Assembly: GCF_021869535.1 (NCBI RefSeq)
Contig: NW_026262593.1
Span: forward strand, 28,458,001 to 28,522,000
Direction: 5' to 3'
Origin: Mytilus californianus
Taxonomy: Eukaryota
DNA: 64,000 nt
Made by a program: the position numbers and the translations under genes. Below are positions 29,474 through 42,994 of this stretch, in pieces; position 1 is the first letter of the stretch, and the number at the start of each line of letters is the position of its first letter. Under the pieces are notes generated by a model, which saw only the letters and a list, made by a program, of their open reading frames with translations, searched no databases and was not told where the DNA came from.

Positions 29474-30633
29474 GCTTACATCATAGAATTAATGTAATTT
29501 CTCAATTTTTATCAAAAATTGAAATGTATAGATAACATCACTATATAAAAGAGAGACGAAAAGTTACCAAAGGGACATTCAAACTCATAAGTTGAAAAAT
29601 TTGAGGATTTCTGTTTGATAGATTTTGATGCAATGTAGTATACCGAGTAGAGAGAAATTACAATCATAATCTGTCAACGAAGTCAAATAGATTCTCAAAG
29701 AAACGTAGCTTGTTCAAGACTTCCAAGGTATTTGAAATACCTCCGATATAGTTCATACACTTTTAACATAAAATGATTACGAGATACTTGACAGTTCTAA
29801 CAGCACTAGTCAGAGAAGAAAGACATTTGTATTTGAAATTCAAAATATTCCGGACGCACGAACAAAGCGTAGACTGTATTCTCCAGAAATTCATTATCAG
29901 GGAGCATAAAACTCAAATGAATGAGAACAATCAAAATGTTCAAGTCGAAAACAACACTGTGGCCAAAATAAAAAGGACGAAAAGACAAACAACAAACTAC
30001 AAAGCATCAAACATCACATCTATAAACATATGATTGAGTTATGCCAATCCCAATAAAACTATTCCAAGAGTTACTCTAGTGGGAGTAAGCAGTTCCGTCG
30101 CCAGAAGCAACTATTGCATTACTCAGGATAAAATTGATAATCGAAGAAAAAAGCATCGATAAAAGCAGATTTATACAATGTACATCAAAAGGTAAAAGTC
30201 AATTCTTCCCTCACCCAAATGGATGATAGAATATGAAAGCTGGATAGGCGGATATGCAATTAAGATATAAAAACTATAAAGGTGGAGCTTTCTATTATAG
30301 ATTGATTGTTGTTTGCTTAACAGTTCCAATGGCAAATAGTTCATGCAATTCTAAGACTGAGAACAAATAATCGATTCATACAATAGGTAAATTCTGTACA
30401 GATGATTGACCGGAATGAGGACTAGATTTCAACTGCGCCACAGGAAAATTAGGGTATGTAGGATAAGAGACCGAAATTAAACTTTTCAAAAGTTTTTTAA
30501 AGTGCAGAGCGTCTGGCGATTTCTCCACACGATGCATCAGGTTTAATGTGGATTCACTTTAGCAAGAATGTTACTGATGGACGGGAGAAGTCCAAGGGGT
30601 GACTATATTTCTATATCCCAGTCAACCACTTAA

Positions 30634-30907
30634 GGTGGTACCTAACAGTACAGGGAGATAACTCTGTAAAAATCAGCTAAACGTTTTAATTACGTTGTAT
30701 TGTTAAGGAAATATTAAGCTTCTCAATGATCAAAATTAGTGTTTGTCAAACTGCTATATAACCAGTGAAATTTTTCTGATAAAGTGATTGGTTCCAATTA
30801 TTTGAAATTTTTATATTTTTGTCAAAGGGTCAAAGTAAACATTTTGTCAAAATTTTATGAAAATTAAACGAGCCAAATTAATATTAGTCAAGGTGTTGGG
30901 TACCACC
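30634..30907. mobile_element. TTAA-flanked MITE (Kolobok-like ends)
   Basis: ttaa|ggtggtacctaacag ... gtgttgggtaccacc|ttaa; GG..CC termini with TTAA TSD. Confidence 0.8.
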
Positions 30908-30961
30908 TTAATAATTACTACTAAGGTAAAATACAAACATTGGTTCCAATGTTGATAATTT

Positions 30962-31017
30962 CATACAGCATACAGCATACAGCATACATCATACAGCATA
31001 CAGCATACAGCATACAG
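30962..31017. repeat. (CATACAG)8 microsatellite
   Basis: Read directly. Confidence 0.95.
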
Positions 31018-31144
31018 ATTGCAATAAAGGATGTGACTAAAACGGTAAAGTTTGTGACACAATACAAGACGGGACACGACTTTGTAAAAAGGTTCGAGAA
31101 AAGAATAAACTCATCATAGATACCAGGATTGAAATTTTGTATTT

Positions 31145-31188
31145 GCGCCAGACGCGCGTTTCGTCTACTAAAGACTCATCAGTGACGC
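31145..31188 (-). ncRNA. Type I hammerhead ribozyme, intact core, in a Penelope-like terminal module (31104-31250)
   Basis: GCGUCA-CUGAUGA-GUCU(UUAGU)AGAC-GAAA-CGCGCG-UC/UGGCGC: 6-bp stem I, 4-bp stem II, palindromic stem III, GUC triplet. Confidence 0.9.
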
Positions 31189-32987
31189 TCGAATAAAAAC
31201 AAAGTTAAAAAGGCCAAATAAAGTACGAAGTTGAAGAGCATTAAGGACATAGATTAAATCATCATTTTTGAAGTCTATGATGGAAAATAGCACACTGGGT
31301 ATCCCGATACGAAATCCGCGGAGGAATCCGAAATCCGAGGAGAAATTAATGAAAAGTTACACGAATACATGGGGATTCAAAAGATTCACATGATAATAAT
31401 TTGTTATTAATCAACATACGGTGGTGACTGTTTGTCTGATGGACCAAGCTCTATGATAATCGGTGTTAACGTCTGTATTCTGGCGATTTATAAGCACTTT
31501 TAAATAAGACTTTAACATTTACATTTACATTTGTTTGTACCACTAATATTGTTTTAATGATATTTAAGGGAGTTGTTTACTATCGCTGGATTGAACCAAT
31601 GAGGTTTTATTGGGGCGAAGCCAGACCCGCCTCACCACTTTTTCATGACAGTCGTTCTAGTTTCAACTAACTGAATCTTCAAGTAATCCATCAGATCGGA
31701 TTTGGTTAATATGTATCAAATTTGTAAATTGAACAGCCGAACTAACTAAGAGCTGTCGTATAGGGATATAGACTTGACATGAATTAGTCCGCCAGTTATA
31801 GTTATCTTTGGTGTGAAATCTTGACCACATACATATCGCCTGTAAAGTTTTTTTTATTCATGTGACGTCCAAACTATAACAATGTTCAATCAAACATTAT
31901 AATACACATATTTGAAATTCGTAATGTAGGCTATTAGCGCTGTTTTACAAAAGCATGTTTACAAAGGTTTTGTTATATTATTGTTTTGCCAAATTTTCAG
32001 CTATACAGTTAAAATGGACATTCTCAAAAAATGACGTTCGCGGAGTTTCAATCTAGTTATGAAAATGGTAAAACTTTAAATCATAATATTGCTAGAACCA
32101 AGAATTACACTCATGAAATTACGTTACTATGATTTTAATTAAAGATTGAAAGACTTTTTTGAAAATGACCAATGTGTGAAATAAATTAAGGGAAAATCAA
32201 CGACCTACCAGCTAAAAATCACAAACCCGGCTATTCGCAGACGACTATGCAGAGAAATGAATCTCCAACACTTTTCAACAAATTAAAGGATTTCAAGTAT
32301 ATAAACGGGTTACAAAACGAGGAAGGAATTTCAAAGCCAATTAATGTCATATCATGTCATTGAACATCATATCCAGCAAATTATAGCAACACAGCTGACG
32401 CATAGTTGAAGAGTTAAGCAATAGCCAGTAGCTTGAAGTCCAAATGTCTGATGACTTAAAATGAAAAGTAAAATAACAAAAATAACGAACTCCAATGAAA
32501 ATTCAAAACGAAAAATCCTTTATCAAATGGCAAAATCAAAAGCTCAAAGAAAACAACTGTCATATTCCTGACTTGTTACAGGCATTTCTTTATGAAGAAA
32601 ATGGTGGATTAAACCTGGTTTTATAGCTAGCTAAACTTCTCACTTGTATGAAAGTCGCATAGAATTCCTTTATATTGACAACAATGTGTGAGCAAAACAA
32701 ACAGACATAATACTAGTAGGTAAAAATGTCAAAAATTGGGGTACAGCAGTTATGTTATAATCTTAATGACTATAAAACAGATAACTATTTCAACAGAGAA
32801 AAAAATGGCATATATACAATCTACTGACAAAGTACATAAGCAAAAATGAAAGACAAGAATACAAAAATTACCATAGCACAATAACACAATGGCGGGATGT
32901 ATAAATACCGACACACGCCAAAATTATATTACCAAAAATGGATTAAACGGTAAAGGTTAAAAATATACAAAGACAAATAAAAATTAA

Positions 32988-34186
32988 AAACCAATTGTTC
33001 AGAGAACAATTGAAGGTCTTTCCACCAGTAAGGATCTATTTTGATATGAAAATATTAAAATTTTGTTTTAAATGTCAATTTCCGCGTCAAATGACAGCTT
33101 ATTGTACGCTGATTCCAAAAATATATGTTTTTTATACAAAAAGATATAAATAAGGGAGATAATTTTTTACTTCCGGTTTAAAAGATGTTACTTCCGGTAT
33201 TGTTTGATAGTTTACTTGACACTGATTCCAAAAATATATGGTTCTATATACTTTTACATTAACTTAGTACAAAAAATAGCTACTTCCGGTTTACAAAAGG
33301 TCACTTCCGGTTGACTTTTTCAATGTCACATTGCTTGCAACCTAATGCAAAAAGTCCCTTGGCTTTATCATGTATACATATGAGGTAAAAGCAAAGGTCA
33401 AAATCTAGAACGTTAAATTTACCTATGACCTTGAGCTCAATTTCAAGGTCATAAACCAAGGACCACAAATCAAAAGACTCTAGGCCTCTACTTTATATTG
33501 TTAATGAATTCTATTACCATACGACTAATATTAGATATAAAAGGGGGAAAACTGGCATCAAATGTCTACGTTCCCTTTCAACTAAAATTTACGTGTTACG
33601 ACATGTCGCAACTAACAATTGTGTGAAAATATTTTGTCGATATCTTATATGATTTCCAAAAATAAGAGATAACAAACCAAAATCAAAATTTTGAACATGA
33701 CCTTGACCTTTGACCTTGACCTCATTTTCATTTTTTTGGACCAAGGACCTCATATCAAAAGACCCTAGGCCTCTATCACTTATGGTTTTCCAGTTAAAAA
33801 TACATTTCACTTATATCAAATACAAAAGGGGAAATAACTCTCATATGGAATCTCTATACGGCTTCGGTCAAAATAAAACCTAACATCTTGAGGATATAAC
33901 GAGCAATTTGGAAAAATAAATTTGTCGCTTTCTTTTACGGTTGCGGAGGAGATCTCATAACAAGAAAAACAGTGTTTGGGGAGATAACTCTTACAAAGAA
34001 AAGTGTTCGGTTAAACAGGGTCAGTTTCAAAAGCGTATAGACTGTATGATATCATATACCAAAAAACTAAGCGACATCTTTTGAAACAAAAATACACCGC
34101 AAGAAAAAAATTAGGCGGAAGAAAAAAAATAATAATCAGAAGAAAACCAATAGGTCTTTCCACGGAAAGGTGGAAAGACCTAATAA
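32988..34186 (-). mobile_element. HINE of the taggtctttccac family
   Basis: 5' inverted repeat taggtctttcca/tggaaagaccta (34151-34182); 3' subTIR aggtctttccac (33014-33025) beside hairpin caattgttc-aga-gaacaattg (32992-33012). Confidence 0.75.
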
Positions 34187-34214
34187 CACTATAACACGTA
34201 ATTAGGATGATAAA

Positions 34215-35910
34215 CAACGTCAGTACCTAGAATCTATACTTCAAGACCATCATGTATTATTTGTGAAGTTGATACGGAATATTTATCAACAAGTTCTTGG
34301 TACCTTCCGATGAACTTTTTTAGAATAAGGATGACACGTTCTTTGACATAACCCTGGTTCATCAACTTTCTGCTCACACACTGGTGACGTTTTATAAAGT
34401 CGGAGTAGCAGCTGCAAGTTCTTGAATACCGAATGAGTTGAGAAATGTATATCCCATATGCAGGTGAAGTTGGTTTATTGCTGCTAAGGTGGGGGACATT
34501 TAAATTCAAAATCAAAATCGTCTCATTTGTCATATATTCTGGTACTGAGATGACCGCTTATGTCAAATTCGAGGTATAAGTCTAAAAATGAGGCGGAGGA
34601 ATCCTTGTCTGTTGTTTCTTTACTTTCTAGTTCTGGAGGATAATTATATCAATGGAAGCCAATAAGAAGTTTGGATTGATAATGGAAAGAACATCATCAA
34701 TATATCTGAAAGTGAAATTAAATGATCTGACTTCTTTGATCTTCTTGTTTTTGATAAGTGTCTGAAGGAACTCCGACTCATACGAAAATAAGAAGAGGTC
34801 GACAAGGAGAAGCAATTAAAATGTCGAACAATATGTTGAAAAATGCTATCCCCAAGTTCAACAAATATGTTGTCAATAAGAAACTCCAGCATATTGATCA
34901 CTTGTTCCTCTGTGTAGTATATGTTTTTCCTCTTTGTTCACTATTAACAAAATATGCCGTTTGGTATCACAAAGCAATAAATTTGTAGCGTATGTTACCA
35001 TTTTTGTCAAGCTTTAGTCGAAAAAGCGAGACATAGCAATCCTTCATTCCGTCGTCGTCGTCGGCGGCGGCGGCGTCCACAAATATTCACTCTGTGGTTA
35101 AAGTTTTTGAAATTTTAATAACTTTCTTAAACTATCCTGGGTTTGTACCAAACTTGGACAGAAGCTTGTTTATGATCATAAGATAGTATCTAGAAGTAAA
35201 TTTTGTAAAACAATTAATCCATTTTTTCTTATTTTACTTTTAAATGGACTTAGATTTTCTGCTGGGGAAACAACACATTCACTCTGTGGTTAAAGTTTTT
35301 AAAATTTTAATAACTTTCTTATACTATTTTGGATTTGTACCAAACTTGGACAGAAGCTTGTTTATGATCAAAAGCTAGTATCTAGAAGGAAATTTTGTAA
35401 AAAAAATAAATCCGATTTTTCCGTATTTTACTTTTAAATGGACTTAGATTTTCTGCCAGGAAACAACATATTCACTCTGTGGTTAAAGTTTTTAAAATTT
35501 TAATAACTCTCTTATACTATTTTGGATTTGTACCAAACTTGGACAGAATCTTGTTTATGATCAAATGCTAGTATCTAGAAGGAAATTTAGTTTTTTTCCA
35601 GTTAACATTACATTCAGTCTACAGTTAAAGTTTTTAAACATTTATAAGATTCATAAACTATCCTGGATTTTTACCAAACGTGGACAGAAGCTTCTTACAA
35701 ATAAAAGGTAGTATCAAGAGGAATATTTTTATTGATTTACTTCCTCATTTTTGTTGAGCCAGCGATTAACAGAAAAAGTAGGCGAGACACTGGGTTCCGC
35801 GGAACCCTTACGAATTTTTATATTGAAAAGCATTTTGGATTATTTCTTTTAGACGATTTTTCAATTTCACATGGGGAATGGTGACATACAGTGTTGAAAA
35901 ATCAAAAGTT
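34215..35910 (-). mobile_element. Penelope-like retroelement RT fragment (copy 1), split by a HINE
   Basis: Minus-strand remnants TFDFSTLYVTIPH, KNRLKEIIQNA, MLEFLIDNIFV, DLFLFSYESEF, FTFRYIDDVLS, PAYGIYISQLIRYSR..DGLEV*; frameshifted. Confidence 0.8.
35001..35819 (+). mobile_element. HINE with 192-193 bp internal repeats, inserted in the PLE fragment
   Basis: 5' tttttgtcaagc plus (GTC/GGC)n; 3' aggcgagaca plus perfect palindrome gggttccgcggaaccc (35792-35807); attcactctgtgg anchors at 35085, 35277, 35470. Confidence 0.85.
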
Positions 35911-36959
35911 TTTGAAAAATAAAAAATGTTGACACACACAAAGCAAACATCAGTAAAAAGACAGTTCAACCCTAGGATTCATCAGACGTGACCTTCAGCA
36001 CTGCCCCAAAAAATGCAGGAAAAGGCATGTGTCTCATTGTAAGATCTATAATGGAACCTTCATATGAAACAAATGCTAAAATAAAAGACCGAACAAATAG
36101 AAAGAATACAACGAAGGGCAGTAAAATTCAACAATAAAGAACGCAAACCAAGAGATGATGGAAGCATCACACATATGATGAAAAAAAATGAACTTATCAC
36201 CCAAAGATAATAGGAAACAAAAGGGCTGATATTATTCTACAGAGTTGTTGAGGGTCAAATAAAGAAACAAATGGATGATTGCCTCCTTAAATTCATTAGA
36301 AAAATCCTTATTATACAAATTAAAATTTAAGATAATGTTGATAGTTTTACACATCAGAAATTACTATGATTACCAGTGAACTGATTTTGAGATAATCTTT
36401 AAATTAGCCGTATATTTGTTATGTTATATATTAATAATGAAACATAAAGGATCATCAGAGTTAGCACCCTTTATTTCATCTCGTTAAATATTTTTTGTAG
36501 ATAAAAAATAGAAGAAATTTTATAGCTAACTGAACTTAAGAAGTATGAAAACATTAAACAACTGATATGGAAATGAAAACAAAAGAAAAGTTGGTTCTTC
36601 ATTACACGTATATATTGCAAATTGTAAAAATGTTAAAGATCGCAAAATATAACATTTTAATTGCAATAAAAAGCATTTATATTCTGTTACATCGTTGTAC
36701 TCTTACCTAATGAAGGTAATCTGAAGGGACGAGTACCAATCTTTCCCAGGCAATGGTAGACAGTGGCGTCCACAGCCCTGACGGAGTAGAACTCCTGTAC
36801 TGTAGCCTTTTTGGATTCTCTGTCATATTTCTCAGGTGGATGGTAGGGGTTTTTGTTGTATAGGGGTAGGGGTGGTTGTTGTAGTATAGGGGTAGGGGTG
36901 GTTGTTGTAGTATAGGGGTAAATGACAAGGGTAAGGGTTAATCGTAGGGTGGAGGGTGC

Positions 36960-37093
36960 TAGGTGAGGAGAGAGAGAAAGTGAGTGTGACAGGGAGAGTG
37001 TGTGTGTGTGTGACAGGGAGTGTGTGTGTGTGTGACACAGAGAGAGTGTGTATGTGTGACACAGAGAGAGTGTGTATGAGTGTGTGTGAGTGT

Positions 37094-37134
<41 letters not shown>

Positions 37135-37535
37135 TGTGAGAAAGAGTGTGAGTGTGTGGGAGAGAGAGAGTGTGTGTGTAAGAGGGGTAGAGAGAGAGTG
37201 TGTAGGAGAGAGGAAAAGGGAGGGAAGGAGTGTGTGTGTGAGAGAGAGAGAGAGAGGGAAAGGGAGAGGGAGAGAGAGAGAGAGACAGTGTGTGGGAGAG
37301 ACAGGGAGGAGACAGTGAGAGTGTGACTGTATGACAGCAATGACAGTATGTGTGATAGAGTGAACCGAGAGTGTTTGTGATAGAGGAAGAAGCGAGTGTG
37401 TGTGTATGAGAGAAAGTGTGAAAGGAGCGAGAGCCCCACGAGAGAGAGCAGTGTGTTTGAGAGAGAAGACAGAACATATGAGAGAGGAAAGAGACAATGT
37501 GTGAGAGAGAGGAGAAAGTAAGAGACATAGAGGGA
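36960..37535. repeat. Compound (GA)n/(GT)n low-complexity tract
   Basis: Read directly; almost no C on the + strand. Confidence 0.95.
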
Positions 37536-38220
37536 AGCTTTATTTATTATATAATTTATAAAGGCAGGGAGGGTATCTTTAACTTTAACACTAATTATAG
37601 AATTATACTTGTTAAGCCAATACAGTTTTGATTTGTGTGTTCGGTCTTTCTTCTATACTACAATTCAGAAAATCCAGAAAAGCGCTTCGAATGCATGAAA
37701 TTTATTACGTGTTGTTTTAATTTGTTTTTAACCTTTTGCTAATTTGATGAAATAGACTCTAATTCTGTATTTGATTGCCGAATTAGTGGCGTCTTAGATA
37801 ATGCATAGATACTTTGCTGTCTTTAAATGAATAAAGTACCTCCCACTGTTATATTTTTAGCATTGCCGGTCATGTTAAATGGTCGGCGAAAAACATTTTT
37901 TTGGGAATTTGTAGACAGATATTTGAAACTATACACATGACATGTACCCAGATGCTTTTATTAATAAGCCCAGAGGTAATATTTTTTTTAAATTAACTTT
38001 TACATTGATAGTTTAGTCGCTTTGAAATGGCTGGCTTTCAGTAGCTGCAATTCTCTTAGACTAACTATTGTCAAAAATTTTAATTGTTCGAAAGACGAAG
38101 GATTTTTTCCCACCAGAAATAGACTACCTTCTCTGTTTTGGGGAAATCCGTTTGTTGTTTTGGGTCTTCTATGCTCTTCAACTTCGTACTTTTTTTGGTC
38201 TGTTAACTACTTTGATTTGA

Positions 38221-38264
38221 GCGTCACTGATGAGCCTTTTGTAGACGAAACGCACGTCCGGCGT
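38221..38264 (+). ncRNA. Type I hammerhead ribozyme, core intact, stems mismatched (module 38171-38288)
   Basis: GCGUCA-CUGAUGA-GCCU(UUUGU)AGAC-GAAA-CGCACG-UC/CGGCGU. Confidence 0.75.
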
Positions 38265-40802
38265 ACAAAATATTTATCCTGGTATCTCTAATTAGTTTTT
38301 TTAGATCGGTGTTTTTAGTCTTTTTGTTTGCGATGTTTTGTGACGATCTGATGTATCAAGCCCTTTTCAACTGTTTTTTTTTCAATTTGTTTTTAACTTG
38401 TGCTGTTACAACACTGACTCAGGTAAGGGTAGAGTTGAGCGCTCACATACATGTTTAACCCCGTCACATTCTTTATGTGTCTGTCCCAAGGTAGAAACCT
38501 GTAAATCAGTTGTTGTCGTAGGTTGACTCTGTCATAATGTTTGTTATAGCATAAATTAGGCCTTACGGTTGCTCGTGTGAATTGTTTCAAATTTCGCCAT
38601 ACATATAAATTTACGGTTTGGGATTTTGCTCTTTTTGATAGTTACTAACATCCATGTCCTCTGGTTTATGGTGGGTATATATTAAGTAGTTGTCTCATTT
38701 GCAATAATCTTTGTTGAAAGAGTTACTGTGTTATCTTGAAGCTAAGATAAAAAAAAAAAGCCGCATCTTCGTCAAGAAACCTTACGTATTGGCGTTATAT
38801 TCTAGGTATACCAAACTGCTGGTTTGACGAGATCGAAAATTACTTCAATTTGCTTTCCACAATACATGCTTTATTTGTTGTACCCGAAATATTGTACGCG
38901 AAAACATACTGACAACCACAAGGTAACCTATATGTATCTGTTCCTTTAAATTTACCAGAAACAAAACAGTTGTCAATGATAATACATGAATTACAGGCTT
39001 CTGATTTAGGACAGTCATGTAAAGAATGTTGCAGTTAGAAATGTTAGGTGCATGGCACCTTACCCTCTACCTTCATCTGGGACACTGAGGAAACATCACA
39101 ATATAAGAACAAACTTTAAAACATCATTTGGAAAGGCTTGACATGTTAGATCGGTAAGAACACAAAAAACTAACAAAAAGCAAATACACAAAGTACCGAT
39201 CTAAGAGAAGATGTTGAAAGATAGTTAAAAGCCAATTTTAACTAATTTATTAACCAATTAACCATGTTCTTCCACACGTCAATATGTATAATTATATGAC
39301 GCTATGATATAATTAAGAAATATTTCTTTCATTTCATGCTCTATGCCCATTTTACATGTGTAGGCAATATCTTTGTCAATATCTTCGAAGCGGACCTATG
39401 ACACATAGAATGGTATAGCCAATCTGATTAAAATATGGATCATGTGAGGAAACAAATGTGTGGTGAAAATATGTATGATACTAGTACATGGTTTTTTATC
39501 AGTTGTTATTGGCTTTGAACTCATTTTCAGTATCTGCGAATAATCTTATAAGTAGATCGGTACTTTGTGTCTTAAGTGTGTTTGTTACAAAGCAAATTAT
39601 AGTTGTTTTTGTGCTTTGTATTGATATAACCCAACTTTTCACGGGTGTTTTAGTAGATATTTTTATTTTAACCCATTTTAAAATATCTAGAAAATAATAT
39701 CCTCTGAATAAGCTTACCGAACTTGAAAAGGTACGGGTGAGGAAAATTAGATAATCTATATTTGCTGTTTAGCAGTATGAAGGACACTTCTTGGAGTTTG
39801 GTATTTTCGTTATTTTACTTCTTGCTATAAATTGCTTTTTCTATCAGTATTTCTTCACATTTTTGAATGTGGTATACACATGCATGTCATACATTCCTTT
39901 TAAATTTTACGGATCAGGATTACTTTTAAGATTTATATTCTGTTTCATCCAACTAATATCTGACAAAATTAACCTTAATGCCAGTGTTTATTATTAGGTA
40001 AAAATGTTAAGTATTGGAAATATTGTGATTGTAGTAGTCATTTCATTGTCAAATGAGAATCTGGTGCAGTGAAATTGGTACCGTTAATTGTATTACTGTT
40101 ATTAAACAGCAGTTCATAATTTTTCACTTTCATTGATCAAGTGATGATACTCGTTTGTACATCTTTGATTGTGTCATCTGATCTTGCTTATCTGTATAGC
40201 TTCTTCAAGTCGTATTGAAACAGAGAATCACAATTTTTATTCCAAAACATTGTGTTCGACTACATAATTTGGTTTGATCGGCGCCATTTCCAGCTAACAG
40301 TTCTGAAGACGACGGAGTTTGATAATTTTTATCTGACTCATAAGAGAATTAAATTTTCTTACCTTAAGAAATGGAACAAACATTACATAAAGATAATGCT
40401 ACTATTTCGACCGCATTCTTGCCTTAGACGTTCCATGAAGAAGTTTCTTGAGAAGTAAGAAAAATGGCAATTTACTGAACCTGTTGGAAACCTTAAAGAA
40501 TACATAATTGTTCGAAATAATTTACGCTAAATTCAACGAAACTTTCGAAAAACACTAGAGGAGACCAACGACGTATGGACATAACATTTCTGTAATGATG
40601 TTTTAAAATTGCATTGATAAACCATACGGTTTATCATGATTTTTAAGTTGAAAATTTAGTACATCGTATGCTATTTTTTTACTTTTTCACGACTGAATCA
40701 TTGTGTTGCCGAGTCCGATAATGCAGATTCACGTTTACGTTTTTCAAAATTTTAACACCAGTTTAACGTCAGTCCTGCTTATATAGTCAAACTAAATTAA
40801 AA

Positions 40803-41069
40803 TTTTTATGCCCCACCTAGGGGAATTATGTTTTTCGGTCTGTGCGTCCGTTCGTTCGTCCGTCTGTCCCGCTTCAGATTAAAGTTTTTGGTCAAGGTAG
40901 TTTTTAATGAAGTTGAAGTCCAATCAACTTGAAACTTAATGCACATGTTCCATATGATATGGTCTTTCTAATTTTAATGCCAAATTAGAGTTTTGACCCC
41001 AATTTCACGGTCAAATGAACATAGAAAATGATAGTGCGAGTGGGGCATCCGTGTACTATGGACACTTTT
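40803..41069 (+). mobile_element. Short HINE / pearl-like MITE
   Basis: tttttatgccccac ... gtggggcat plus gtgt-actatgg-acac hairpin; internal (GTTC/GTCC)n. Confidence 0.8.
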
Positions 41070-41305
41070 AATTTTTTTTGTTACTCGTGAAGGAATCCAG
41101 TAAAATTATCGTCAAAGTAATTTAACATTACATAAGTTTATAGGTCACCGATAACAATGATTGTAAGATAACTGTATCTTGCAAACTTTTTCAATTTCTT
41201 TGTGGTCACATTTGAAAAAACATTTGAGACGACCGTTGTTTAGCCAGAGAAAGCTAAAATAGTCTAAATTAAGATGTTTACTATATACAACTTCATTGAA
41301 TTGTT

Positions 41306-41690
41306 AAATAAAGGCAACAGTAGTATACCGCTATTCGAAATTCATAAATCGATTGAGAAAAAAACAAATCCGGGTTATAAACTAAAACTGAGGGAAACAC
41401 ATCAAATATAAGAGGAGAACAACGTACGACACAACAGAAACACAACACTAAAATGCAACACACACAGAAACGAACTATAATATAACAATGGCCATTTTCC
41501 TGACTTGGTACAGGACATTTAAAGAAAAAAATGGTGGGTTGAACCTGGTTTTGTGGCTAGCCAAACCTCCCGCTTTTATGGCTATATTAAATATAACATT
41601 AAAATGACAAGATTACATGACAGGACTACAATACAAACAAATAGGAGAACATACAGGACAGAGACACACACAAATAATAGCTATCAAAAG
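41306..41690. repeat. Dispersed repeat (taaataaaggcaacagtagtataccg family); second copy at about 47700-48030
   Basis: The two copies are clearly homologous by eye. Confidence 0.75.
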
Positions 41691-42930
41691 GTACCAGGCT
41701 TATAATTTAATACGCCAGACGCGCGTTTCGTCTACATAAGACCCATCAGTGACGCTCAGATCAAAAAAGTTCGAAAGCCAAAACAAGTACAAAGTTGAAG
41801 AGCATTGAGGACCAAAAGTTCCAAAATGTTGTGCCAAATACGGCTAAGCTTATATGCCTGGGATAAGAAAATCCTTAGTATTTAGAATAATTCATACTTT
41901 TGCAAACAGTAAATTCATAAAAATGGCTATATAATAGATATACATGTTAACACCGAAGGGTGACTAACTACCTAGAATCTATACTTCAAGACCATCAAGT
42001 ATCATTTGTGAAGTTGATACGGAATATTTATCAACAAGGTCTTTGTATCTTCCAATGAACTTTTCTTAGAAAACGTTCCTTGACGTGACCCTGGTTCGTC
42101 ACCTTTCTGCTCAGAAATTGATGACGTTTTATAAAGTCTGAGTAGCAGCTCCAAGCTCTTAAATACCGGATGACTTGGAAAATGTATATCCCATATGCAG
42201 GTGAAGTTGGTATATTGCTGTTAAGGTGGGGAAATTTATAATTTCAATCTCGTTTGTCAGAGATTCTGGTATTGAGATGACCGCTTGTGTCAAATTCGAG
42301 ATATAAGTCTAAAAAAAAAGAGGCGGAGGAAGCCGTGTCTGTTGTTTATTTAATTCATAGTTTTGGAGGATATTAATGGAACCCAATCAGGAAAGTTTGG
42401 ATTGTTAATTGAAAGAACATCATCAATATATCTGAATGTTAAATTGAATAATCTAACTTCTTTGATGTTTTTTTCTTTGACAAGTGTCTGAAGGAACTAC
42501 GACTCATATGAAAATAAGAAGAGGTCGGCAAGGAGAGGTTTGTTCCCATAGGAATGCCCACAATTTGTTGAAAAAGTCTACCTCGAAATTCAACAAATAT
42601 GTTGTCAATAAGAAACTCTAGCATACTGATCACTTGTTACTCTGTGTAGCATGTTTTACCTTTTATGCTGTATGATATAGAAAGCAATAAATTTATAGCG
42701 TATGCTACCATTTTTATATATGAAAGAATTGTGGATTATTTGTTTTAGAAGATTTTTCTAGAATGGTGGTATACATGGTTGAACAATCAAAAGTTTTGAT
42801 AGAATTAATTTCATAGAAAGATCGAGATTTAAAATTATCTATTAGTTCTTTGGAGTTTTTAGAATCCACATATGGTTAATACCTCTACGCAAGTAAAAAG
42901 TTGCACAGTATTTCTGAAGACGCTCTTTTA
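41685..42930 (-). mobile_element. Penelope-like retroelement 3' part (copy 2): RT remnant, 3' UTR, hammerhead
   Basis: GINHMWILKNSKEL, SIKTFD, MLEFLIDNIFVEFRGRLFQQIVGIPMGTN; same DGLEV* end as copy 1; hammerhead about 220 bp downstream on the same strand. Confidence 0.82.
41712..41755 (-). ncRNA. Type I hammerhead ribozyme with A9G core change
   Basis: GCGUCA-CUGAUGG-GUCU(UAUGU)AGAC-GAAA-CGCGCG-UC/UGGCGU. Confidence 0.8.
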
Positions 42931-42994
42931 CTGCGGACAAAATTTTTGTAACATGTACTATAATTATATTAGTGGGATAAGCTTATTTGGATGA

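Noticed and set aside
36687-37528. Long ORFs of 250, 221, 189 and 120 aa
   Set aside because: They are translations of the (CT/CA)n tract: low-complexity S/L/H/T or E/R/V/C runs open in several frames, with no domain.
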